Shown: one piece after another, positions 25,952 to 38,000 of the stretch
Numbering within the stretch: position 1 is the first letter of the stretch
Layout of the letters: each line of letters begins with the position of its first letter
Source: Ginglymostoma cirratum
Taxonomy: Eukaryota
NCBI GenBank assembly: GCA_024137785.1
Contig: JAHRHZ010000218.1
Location: 5,213,307 to 5,277,306, forward strand
Direction: 5' to 3'
Length of the DNA: 64,000 bases
Notes under the pieces: model-generated
Databases searched by the model: none
The model's input: only the letters and a program-made list of their open reading frames with translations
Told to the model about the DNA's origin: nothing
Translations under genes and position numbers: made by a program

Positions 25952-26018
25952 ATGATGAAGAGTAAAGATATGTTGGGGGTACTTGCAGCAATTCTATTTT
26001 ACACAGCTCTTTCAGCAG
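25952..26018 (+). CDS. JCHAIN: JCHAIN exon 1 (signal peptide MMKSKDMLGVLAAILFYTALSA)
   Basis: ATG at 25952, basic N-region, hydrophobic core, A-L-S-A end, consensus donor CAG|GTAAGG; phase 1 fits exon 2. Which of the in-frame ATGs is used cannot be determined. Confidence 0.88.
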
Positions 26019-29000
26019 GTAAGGTTTTAACTATCATTATAATTATGGCATTATGATGTGCAAATACTTCCTGCTTTGTTAGCCCACAGATACAGGAAGA
26101 CAGCCTTCCCTATGATAACTAGACACAGCATCTTTGGACTTGGGTTGTGAGGATACTTGTATGAGAATTTGTCAAAGCTCATCACTATAATCAGTATAAG
26201 TTGAATTTTCAATGACAATTTATGAACAGTGATGTTGTGTATCATGTTATGTGAGCTTCTTCTTGAAAACAAAAAGAAAATGGTCTCTTTGTACATAACT
26301 TAGACACAGACAACATCATGCAAAGATTGTTAATTTATCTGACAGTTATTTCTACCATGTCTGAACATGCATTTAAATGTGTCTGTCAGTCCACTTGTTA
26401 AAGTAATTTAGTTTTTCATCACAACGCAACTGAAGATTAAGCATAAACTAACGTGACTATAGATTACTGTGTATTTCAAAATAGAAAAGAATATAATCGC
26501 TTCAGTAGAGACCATTTTTTTGAAAAACTGAGCTGTTTCAAAGATGTTGGTTAAGGGATAAATGTTAATCTTTTCACTGGGAAAACATCCCAGCTCATCT
26601 TTGAATAAGTTCATAAGAACTTTTTTTTCCGGTTGTGAGCATAGACAAGTGCAGAACACTTTGGTTCAACATCTTATTCTGAAGAAAATGACAGTACTAC
26701 TCTACTTGTACAACATTGTAGGTCACACCAAAAAGCATGTTCTGAAATGATTTCACATATTTCTGTGTATGTTATATTAAAGCACACAAGTGTTACAAAA
26801 GAGATAGTCCTTAGCTTATACAGTTTTTTCCATGATTTTCTCTCTCTTTTGGGTTAGTACTTAGCCTCTGCTGAATGTCTCCTAGCACTAGTTTCTGAGA
26901 TTAATTACTATAATGTGAGGATATTGCTTTCATCAACAAATTGAACAAACTAGTAACCTTATTTATTAATTTGCATACTTCATCAGTCAGGATCTTTCTG
27001 AGCTAATGTTTTAATAGATCACATACTTTCTAACTTTCTATTTCATTTGAGAAGAAGTGATCTGGCTCCACTAGGTCCATTTTTTTTGGACAGATCAGCT
27101 CATATAAGAACGTTTAATTGTTTAACATGCATCTAATGTCTCCATCAGGATATTAATAAGTCAATACATTTGCTGGCAGGTCACCTCCATTTGGTTATCG
27201 CACAGACCACAATGATTTTGAGCAGACATATTCACAAAAATTCAGAAAGATTATCAGATCAGGTCCTGAATAGTCCATTTCAGTTCTACATCCAAGCTTT
27301 GGATAAAGTTTAAAACTAGAAAAGATGCAGCAACTGATGAACTATTGTAGTTTATGATCTTCATCCATCTCGTTCGTGTTCATATGCTAAGACAAATCTG
27401 CAAAGTTCATCACAATATGGGTTTCTTCTTGTTTTAACTTTATCAAATAACATTGTCATTCTCTTTCTTTGTGTACTCAAGGCAGGCTAGAAATGCAGTA
27501 CCCTGGGAGAGCCCAAAACAGTTATCAGGGGCTGCAAAGAGATATAGATACATTTAATGAGTACACAAGATGGCAGATGGCATGCACCTTGAAGGTGGAA
27601 AAGCAGATTTTTGTTTACTAAGCGAAAAACTTTTAAACGTTGATGCTCAGAGACCTGGGTACACTTGCGCATGATACACAACGTTAGCAAGCAGGGACAG
27701 TAAGTAATGTCGGGAAGGCAAATGGCATTCTGGCATCTATCAAGATAGAATTGGAATACAGGAATAACAAAATCATGCTATAATTTTATAGGACTTTGGT
27801 AAGAACACACCTGGACCAGAATTTGTTGTTTGGGTCTTTAAATCACAGGAAGAATATATTTGCCTTGGAGGCAATACAACAAAGTCTGCTGGATTGGTTC
27901 TCGGGATGAGAGGATTTCTTATAATAAGAGGCTGTGTAAATTTAGGCCTACCTTTGGAAGAAGGAAAGTACATCTCATTGAAGCATACAAGACTTTGAAG
28001 AAGCATTTAGAGGGTCTTGACTGAGTACATACTAGGGTTTTTATGTCCCTCGGTTGGGTAATCCAGGACACAGGACACAGTTTCAAGATAAAAGGATCAA
28101 CCATTTAGGACTTAGATAAGGAGGAATCTCTTCATGCAGAGAGTTGTGAATGTTTGGAACTACTAGGTATATTCAAGGCTGGGATACATTTTTAATCTCT
28201 TCGGGATTGAAAAGATGTGGGGAAATTTTGGAAAAAATGGAGCCATCGCAGAAGAGCAGACAGGCAGCCTTGTACCAGGGTAGAGGTTTTCTTCGCCTTT
28301 GGCATCAGCTACTCCAGCAGCCCGCTTGGCAATCTTGTCCAAGAGTGGCAGTCTCGGCCCGGCATGGCAGTCTGCTTCAGCGAGGCTTCCGGCCCAGTAT
28401 TCCAGTGGCCTGGCAGTCTCATCCCGGGTCCATCTTCAGGGTATTTATTCCATCGTTCCTTAATTGGCTTTCCCCCATCCCAGCCCCAACTGAACTGTGA
28501 TGAACATTGTCTTAATTTTACTTCTGTCATTGACGTAGGTGCTGGGGTGTGGTGACTTATAAAACTGTTCACTGCATTTTTCATATAAAACTACACATGA
28601 CAATAAATTTCTATTCTATTCTAGAAAAGATCAACCCCCATGATTATGTTGAGTGCCAGCAATCTAAAGAGGTTATGCGGTTTGTTCAAAGCTGTTTTTT
28701 TTAATGATTTTTTTGTTTTTATTAACTTGAGAGGATAAGACAGCAGAAACATTACCAATACATGGTTCATTACAATTCAGACAAGTCAATTGCCCTTAAA
28801 ACTAAGCGAACAGTGCCAGTTGTGAGCAAGGTACACACTCTGGAATTAATTCTTTTTACACAGGTGGAATATTTTAATGATAAAATATAAAACTAGTTTT
28901 ATACATGTGTGATTTATTGGTGGTAGTTAATAAATGAAAAAATACTATGGGTGATTTAGTGATGAAATAAAAACTGCTCAGTTTTGTGTAAGAGCACTTC

Positions 29001-32000
29001 CGGATACAAAAACACAGTTTTCATGATTAGACTATTCAAACTAATATATATATAGCAAGCCACAATTAAAATGTGTATGATGAAGTGAAAGGTTAGTACA
29101 AATTTATTGAAATGAAATCAATTTTTAAAGAAACATAGGCTTTCAACAAAAACCCCATCAAGGTTTGTGAAAAAGTCAGGAAATGATAATAAAATAAGAA
29201 CAACAGTTTAAATGCGCAGAATTATATTTAAAAAACAAGTCTTTAGTGAAATACACGAAGCTAAAATACAGGATTGTAAAGCCACATATAAAACAACTAT
29301 TAAAAAGAAAACAAAAATGTCTATCTAAGGTTAAGGAAACAAATACAATTCAGTAACTCCAAAGCATGAAAGTCCGAAGCATAAGAAAGTATAAGAAAGT
29401 TCTGAAGAACAGTAGTATTCGACTCGAAACATTAATTCTGTTTCCCTCGAACAGATGTTGCTAAACCTACTGAGTATTTCCAGCACTTTCTGTTTTTAGT
29501 TCATATCTAGAGAATCTACTTTTTATTTTATTTTCTTTTATTATAGAATAAATAAGTATTGTTTCGTGAAAATAAATTCAATTTATGTTTTTTTTAAGAG
29601 AATTGTTTAAATGTTCTGCTAGCTGAGGAGAAGCTTCCTGCTGCTAAATCCCTTGATAGCACTGAGTTCCTTTGAACAAAGGATCCCCACACCATTGCCC
29701 CCAATGGCAGCTCACAGGCAACTTGCTTGATGTGTTCTCCATATGGTCAGCACACTGCTGGATTAATAGCAGGGGCAGTGTAATGAGGCTGTTAAATGGT
29801 GTATTAATTGCCTTCTTAAGGTCCTTAATTCATCAAATCCCTACACTGTGAAAATAGGCCCTTTGGCCCAACAAGCCCACACTGACCCTCAGAGAATCCC
29901 ACCCAGACCTGTCCACCTGTAACCTACCTAATCTATACATCCCTGAACACTACTGGCAATTTAGCATGGCCAATCCACCTAACCAGTACACCTTTCAACT
30001 GTGGGAGGAAACTGGAGCACCTGGTGGAAACCCACGCAGACATGGGGAGAATGTACAAACGCCATACAGACAGTCACCCGAGGGTGGAATCAAACCCAGG
30101 TCCCTGATGCTGTGAGGCAGCAGTGCTAACTACTGAGCCACCATGCTGCCCCTATTTGGTGACAGGGTGGAAAGACTTTACATATCTGTCCTGCCACAGA
30201 CTTAATTATGGTCAAAGTGGTAGGGTGACATGATCGCCATTTGCCACCCTCCTACCTGATTAAATAACCTCACAACCAGATCTGCCACTTGGGGCCAGCA
30301 ATAAATTCCAAGGTATATCTAACTAATGCAGTTGATTTTTGTTTAAGAACATTGCTAGCCTGCATGCTGTCTGGAATAATATCCATGGAGATTGTTCACA
30401 TAAGTTTCCAGAAAACATTTGATTAGTCTAGCTGGAAGAAATTATGGGGAAAATTGCACATTCTTAGTACCGAAATAAAACATAGCATAGATTAGTACTT
30501 GTTTTCACAGTGACTAGTGATAAAAGAAATATTTTCTAAGTGGCAAGGATGTAACAAATGGTGTAGCCCACGGATCTCACCCGGGGCTTTCCCTGAAACC
30601 AACATATTATTCATACCAGATAAAGAAGTGACTTAGATGGAGAAATAAGAAGTTTAAAAATGTTTACAGAAAGTTAGACATTCATGTTACATAGGTGGCA
30701 ATAGAAGTTAGAAAGGTACGTTGATGAGTGGACAAAGCTTATTGAGTTCAAAGAGGGCAACAGCAATGTCATCTGCTTTAGATTGAGGTGGCTAAATCAC
30801 AATGCTTCTTTTATGCAGTTTGTATTTCTTCAAATCAAACAACATCCTAGTGAATTTACATTGTATTCTTTCACTATGCAGTTGCTAATGGGGAGCCCAA
30901 TATTTCATTTCTTCCCAGGTTCTTAAGGTTTTAACCTCCATCTTATCAACGCTGCAGCTTTCTCTGTTACAATAATTTAATAATTTTAAAGAATACAATA
31001 ATTTAATGATAAATCAGTTAGTTACAAGCTTATAATTTTAATATCATTTGGCTTGTATATTTTTCTTCCTGTTACGTGATAATAACGTTACGTAATTCTG
31101 GAATTGCATCCACGTCTGCGAAAGCAAGTTCCCTATTAACAGATGCTGATCAACGTGGGGTGGGGGTGGGGTTGGTGGTATTTGTGGAATACTGGTCAGC
31201 TGTTTTTCCTCTCTAACCTTTTTGTCGGTGCCCTGACAACGTTAACCACAGTCCAGCAGCTATTAAATAGCTATATTCCTTCATGATTCACTTGGATAAC
31301 AAGAGATTTGCAATGTGCATTTGCTAACCAGAGCTATCTTATTTTCACAAATTAATAGTTGCAATATTTGGCAATTAATATCTGACAGAACTTCCATCTG
31401 GGCTACCAATACAGGAAACACTAGTTCTTCATTTTTAATGATAGTACTTCATATTTAGAGAGTATGTAACAATCTCTATCGTTACAGCTAAATCTGAAAG
31501 GAACCTTTTAGTTTCATCGAAATGTAAGCTTTTGGAGGTGTCATCTAAGATGATTGTCACTGAACTGCCTAATGGTGAAAAAGTGGAACAACTGGTGAGA
31601 GATATAAAAATTATGTAAGTGTTACTGTTGATTTCTGATTATATTCACCATACAGTCAAATAAATGGAAAAGCATACTACCAGAAACTGATTGTAGATAA
31701 TATTCATCAGTCAGATTGGATGCCAGGAAAAGCATACTTCTCTTGTAAGGAACATAGGGAATTGGACACAAACGATCCCACTTCCCTGTTCTACACAAAA
31801 ATTCCATATGCACAATGAGGCTGCAGGTCAAAACAAAATCTGTCAAATTTATTTCTATATTTCTACGTCTATTCACACAAAAAATAAGTAAAAAATCTTG
31901 GGCAACTTACTACCTGATTAAAAAGTTCCAGTTGGAGGAACTGGGGAACAGAGTGGCTGATTGTTCAATGGGTAACACTACAGCTTCAAAGCACCAGGGA

Positions 32001-35000
32001 CCGGGTTTGATACCACCCTCAGGGGACTATCTGTGTGGAGTTTGCATGTTCTCCCTGTTTCTATGTGGGTGTCCTCCAGATTCCTCCCACAGTCCAAAGA
32101 TTTCCAGGTTTAAGTGGATTGTTGAATGTAAATTGTCAGCAGTACACAGGCTAGAAAGGTGAAAAATGGGGATAGGGTAAGGGGCTGGGTTTTGGGGGGA
32201 TGCTCTTCAGAGGGTTAGTACGGACTTGATGGACTGAAAGGACTATTTCCACCCTGTAAGGATTCAATCTTTTATATAAAGAAAGCAAGTGCACAGTTGC
32301 CTTTACTGGTTTAACGGCTGTCCTATATGACCATGGTGCTATATGACCACCGCATAAAAGATGTTGTGGCTATAAGAAGTACCAGACCATCTAAAACCTG
32401 TGATTGCAGTTGATGGCAATTCATCATCATCAGTTTGATCCATCCCATGATATCACAGAGTTCTTTCCCTCAATACATTATTCAAAATATATTCATTTTG
32501 TTTAATATTATAATGTTTGTTTTGAGTCATAGAATTACACAATCAGTTTCAATTGCGTGATGTGTCATTCAGTTGGATCGAAACTATCTTCTTAGTCTCT
32601 GCCAGAAAGAAAAAGCCCAAACTGACTTTTGTTCAGTTTGAGTTATACTACACACATTGCCTCATTGAGAAATGTGAAATTACTTAAATGTAATGTAATT
32701 GTAATTGACCTTTCATGTTATTAAGTACCCATCCCCCTCTCAGTTTCAGTATTTTCCTGTTCAGTTACATTGTAACAAATGTTAAATGATTGATTTTAAT
32801 AACTGCCAGGATGAAATCTCAACAGCAAATAAAGATGTTCACACATTAAACATTCTTGGAGTATATATTGAAAGTTTCTGGTAATCTTCAGTGACTGTTA
32901 ATTGTTCTTTCATTTCAGAGTTCCTTTGAGAAGCAGGGAGAACATTTCAGATCCAACCTCCCCCATTCGGACCAAGTTTGTCTACAAGATTTCAGATTTG
33001 TATGATTGCTTTTTCTTTGTGACTTTTGCAATGTGTAACTATGGATTTGAGGCCATTGTTACAATTCAGACTTTGCTGCATGTTATGTATCTTGTGTACA
33101 AAATCCACCAATACCTATTATGAGTAATTTTACCAGTTTCAAATGGATCAGAAATAACTGTGTGGTGGCTCTAAAGGATTTTTTTTAGTGGAAGGTTAGG
33201 GGGAGATGAAATGCAAACAAAATGAGAAGGTCTTTTTTTGACAGAACCAGTAAAGAGAATCTGCCTCATTTGGAGAGTCAAATATCATAGATTTAGAACC
33301 ATTTGCAAAAGAGCTAGAGTGGAAATTGGAAGAAATTTCTTTACACAAAGATCTTAAGATATGAACGACACTATCTGCAAAGGCACTGGAATCAGATTCC
33401 ACAGGATCAAAATAAAACACTGGATGTCTCCTTGCAGAAGTTTAACTTTCCAAGTTATGGAAAAAAGTACTGAGCCATGGGAAGAAATTTGAGAACACTT
33501 CGAAAGAACTGACATAAGTGTGATAGATTCGTATAGCACAGGCCATTTGGCCATTGATTTACTATATTTGGCAGTTGGTAACATGGAGAACCAAGCTGAC
33601 AATATTGAAAATAGTAGAAATGGAGCTGAAGAATGAAGAAGTAATCGTTAACACAAATGCCAGGATTCTCCTCAAATTTGTTCTTCCTCTAAATCCACTG
33701 ATACAACTTTGCTGCAGTGTGGCAGAAACCCTGTTCACCTGCAGAAATTGATATATTTTCAGCTATTTTACCAAGTGCAAGCATTTCAGAAGAAATTCAG
33801 TTTTGAAAGCCTGAAAAACTTAAGAGTTAGAGAAAATGAGAAAGAAAGACACCTGAGAACCCAGGAAAATAATTAGTAAGAAGTCAGACACTGTGCAATT
33901 TCAGAAAGAATTCCCAGGGGAGAAAGTGGGAGATAACATATTCGTGAGAGCGCCCACAGAGGTTTTGATTGAATATAGACTGCCTGAACTGTATAATAGT
34001 ATCATGAAATTCTCAGCTTCTCAAAATTGTTCAGTAAGTAACTAAAACTACACCAATTATAGGTGGTGTAGTACATTAGGGATACTAAATTCTGGAGCAA
34101 CCATAAACCACAGAGGGAATCAGGATGCATGAGGAACCAATGCCTGTCAATTGCAATGTAGCATACCAACGTCGCACTGCCTGCCCAACTCAATAGTTTC
34201 ATTATTATTATGCCAGCTCATCATGTTGTTGATTGATTGGATGCATTAAAAAGGGAAATATCGCAAGAAGCTGACGCCACTTAAAGCTAGCCTGCACTGC
34301 CTAAAGCTAGCCTGCAGTACTTAACACAAGCCTGCAGTACTTAAAGTCAGCCTGCAGTACTTAAAGCTAGCCTGTAGTACTTAAAGTCAGCCTGCAGTGC
34401 TTAAAGCTAACCTGTGGTACTTAAAAGCTAGCCTGCAATACTTAAAGCCAGATGAGCTTTTCAAAGGGAAAGTGCACCATGGCTGCAGCAGGTCCTGTCA
34501 GTCAAGCAGGAAGTGTCTCTGATCTGAAAATCATTGAAGACTGGGCACAATATGGGAGAACTGTGGGATCCAAATTCACTTCGAAACAGCACTTTAGACC
34601 TTGGTGGATTTGGCGAAAAAGAAGAAAGATGTCCTGTAAACACAGAATGCCCTCCAGGCGCATGCTCAGAATGAAATGGGAAGAAGTAGGCATGGATCGA
34701 TGCCAGCAGTCACATTCAGGGACGTGGATGCAATACCACAAAAGGTTCAATGACCTCACACAAGAGATCAAGGTCAGAGAACGCATTTTAAATGACTTAT
34801 CCAGTCAACTGCACCACTTGCCTCAGATATTGTTCGATATATCACGCCACCAACACTAACCTACTAACAGTCTTTGTAATTGAGGACTCACTGCAGACAT
34901 TCATACGCTGTACCACCCCCTCATACATTTAGCACTGCAGCAAGCCTCAGGTATACATCTCACAACTTGCACAAACTGCCAAATGTTCAACCATGACAAC

Positions 35001-38000
35001 CACATCAACCAAATAAATTGCACTACACTCACCAATGCTCTTCCTCTCTCTAGCAGGACAAGGCGGCAAAAAACCGGTGATACCAGGAGCTTCCTGGATA
35101 GGAGCATGGAAATCTGCAAGTTTTAATTCCCATGGAGTTGATAGCTGACTGCTTCATTGCTGATGCCGTGGTTAGAGGATGAGTTGAAACCACTGAAGAT
35201 GAAAGCATCCTCACCTAATACTTCTCACTAACCCCTCAACCTACAATTTCTTCTGTGTTACAACCTGCCAGATAGTGAAAGCATGTAGGTCTTACTTTAT
35301 AGCACACCTTCATTCTGAGATAACAAGGTGTAGAGCGGGATGAACACAGAAGGCCAAGCAGCATCAGAAGATCAGGAAAGCTGATGTTTCAGGTCTGGAC
35401 CCTTCTTAAGAAATGGGGGAGGGGAAGGTGATTCTGGAATAAATAGAGAGGGGGGGAGGCGATGATGGAAGGTGGATAAAGGTGCACATAGGTGGAGAGA
35501 AGATGGACAGGTCAAGGAGGCAGGGATGGAGCCANNNNNNNNNNNNNNNNNNNNNNNNNNNNNNNNNNNNNNNNNNNNNNNNNNNNNNNNNNNNNNNNNN
35601 NNNNNNNNNNNNNNNNNNNNNNNNNNNNNNNNNNNNNNNNNNNNNNNNNNNNNNNNNNNNNNNNNNNNNNNNNNNNNNNNNNNNNNNNNNNNNNNNNNNN
35701 NNNNNNNNNNNNNNNNNNNNNNNNNNNNNNNNNNNNNNNNNNNNNNNNNNNNNNNNNNNNNNNNNNNNNNNNNNNNNNNNNNNNNNNNNNNNNNNNNNNN
35801 NNNNNNNNNNNNNNNNNNNNNNNNNNNNNNNNNNNNNNNNNNNNNNNNNNNNNNNNNNNNNNNNNNNNNNNNNNNNNNNNNNNNNNNNNNNNNNNNNNNN
35901 NNNNNNNNNNNNNNNNNNNNNNNNNNNNNNNNNNAAGGGTCTAGACCCGAAATGTCAGCTTTCCTGCTCCTCTGATGCTGCTTGGCCTGCTGTTTTCATC
36001 CTGCTCTACACCTTGTTATCTCAGATTCTCCAGCATCGGCAGTTCCTACTATCTCTATGACTTCATTCTTCTGTTTTTCTTCTTTCCGGTACTCTGAAAA
36101 TGTGACTGAGGCAGAATTGGACAAAGAGCAAGAAGAAGATGATGATGAAGGCATTTCATCAGTATTTCATACTTGCAGCTCAGACAGTGACAGTGTGCAT
36201 CATTAAGAGGAAAGCAGAACAGAAGCAGGAACTTCATTGTTTGAGACATCAGGGATAAGTGGTCTGTATTCTGGGTGAGGGGGCAAAGATAACACAGATG
36301 GCAGAGAGCTAGGTCACTCAGGTGCTCTGCTGTAAAGAACTCAGATGGGCTTTTGGTTGGAGAGTGTTGCTTTGGGAATGATCCACAAAACGCTTGGTGA
36401 TTTAAGAAGCCCACTTGAAGGTGTACAGCCATTATCAAGAAGCACGAAGTCAGACACCAGCAAAATGCAGTGTCATGCACAGACCTTTGAGACCAACCTT
36501 TCCGTCATGGAAGCGACAACCCATTCTATTCACACACTTGGTGACCTGAGCCTAATGCAGCATCTCCCTGTGACAACTAATACTCCTGCTGTGCAAGGTC
36601 AGCTTACAAGCTTGGGCTGTCAACTTCTACTAGAATTTGGGGGTAATACTGCACGGGAACATTAAGACAGATAATGGGACTTGGAATACAGACACTACGG
36701 GATTGCACATGGGTGATTAATTGACTTTGTACACAATATGACAAGATTTTGATCGCTAATTTGCTTTGTAATGTTTATTTTCTGGTAGCTTTTACTTTTA
36801 CTGGCCAAGAGGCCACTTCCAGTTCCCTCAAGTCTATTCTCATAAACCAGTGACTCTCTGTATTAACTGATATTATTAACTGTTCTCTCTCTTCAAGTAC
36901 TATGCCTCCCTCCTTTATGCCTACCAGCATCACCACATTCACAAAAAAAAATCAACCTTTCTGTGCCTCTATCATTCCAAATTATTGTCTAATCTCCCTG
37001 CTGCCTCTATAGTCACTGAAGACTTGATGAAATGTTTGTGCTGTTGGACTAGATTAAAAAGTGGGAGAGCTTCCAAGAGGGAAACCCAAGGCTTACTAAG
37101 GTAACAAAGGCTGTTAGATTTTCCAGAAAGCAGGGTTTTCTGCCAGAATTAGGAACCCAGAGCAGGAATTCCCACCTGACTGGAGCTGCCAACGAATCAG
37201 AACATGACAACTCCAGAGATAGTAAGAACTGCAGATGCTGGAGTCAGTGTGGAGCTGGAAGAACACAGCAGGTCAGGCAGCATCAGAGGAGCAGGAAAGC
37301 TGACATTTCGGGAACGAAAACAGAAGTTGCTGGAAAAGCTCAGCAGGTCTGGCTGCATCTGTGAAGAAAAAAATCAGAATTAACATTTTGGGTCCGGTGA
37401 CCCTTCCTCAGTTCTGAACTTTCCTGTTGTTGTCTGGCCTTCTGATAACTCCTGAACTCATTGACAGTTTAACTGATACCAGAAAAACACCCCCTAGACT
37501 CCCAGGATGAAGATCCCAGTGGGAAAGGTTTGGGAGTGGTTTCTGAGAGTGGGGATCATAGTGAAAAGACTGCAAGGGGTGTTAGAAACAAGGGCAGGAG
37601 GGTAGTTCTCAGCAGCAATCACTCTACTCCAGGTCCATTCCTTCAGTGTTGCACAGTTTAGTGCATATCAAGGACCATCCACCTAATTAATTGTTCTTCT
37701 CACCTCCAAGCACACCATCTCTGAAACTGGAGGATAGCACCTAAGTTATCACCTCCAAATCCATCATCACCTCTTCCAGAACATCCTGCTGAAACAGTCC
37801 AATCAGGTTTCTGCCTGAGCCACATTATCAAGACAGTTCTTAAAAAAATCATAAATGGCATATTATGAAACAGTGATAAGTGTAAACTTTCCCTTCTTGT
37901 CTTTGTATTGCACAAGATAGACAAAGGAGAGCCAGTAGATGTGTTCTATTTGGATTTCCAGAAGGCCTTTGACAAGGTGCTGCAAAGGAGGTTGCTAAAT

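Larger units (their letters stand above)
34480..36660 (+). pseudogene. Decayed Harbinger-type Myb/SANT-like DNA-binding protein gene (transposon-derived)
   Basis: PKFTS...LVDLAKKKKDVL / RMKWEEVG...GTWMQYHKRFNDLT followed by AAG|GTCAG donor; next exon after ctctctctagcag| reads DKAAKNR..QELPG...GNLQVLIPME; later acidic ENVTEAELDKEQEEDDDE. Frameshifts and stops present. Confidence 0.7.

Noticed and set aside
26400-27460. Protein-like minus-strand translations in JCHAIN intron 1 (possible viral or transposon fossil)
   Set aside because: Frequent stops and no motif I can identify; it would need a translated search to be taken seriously.
34279-34451. CRISPR-like appearance of the short repeat array
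   Set aside because: Units are contiguous with no unique spacers, the context is vertebrate and there are no cas genes.
35472-36060. Long ORFs of 150-192 aa
   Set aside because: Artefacts of translating through the N gap.
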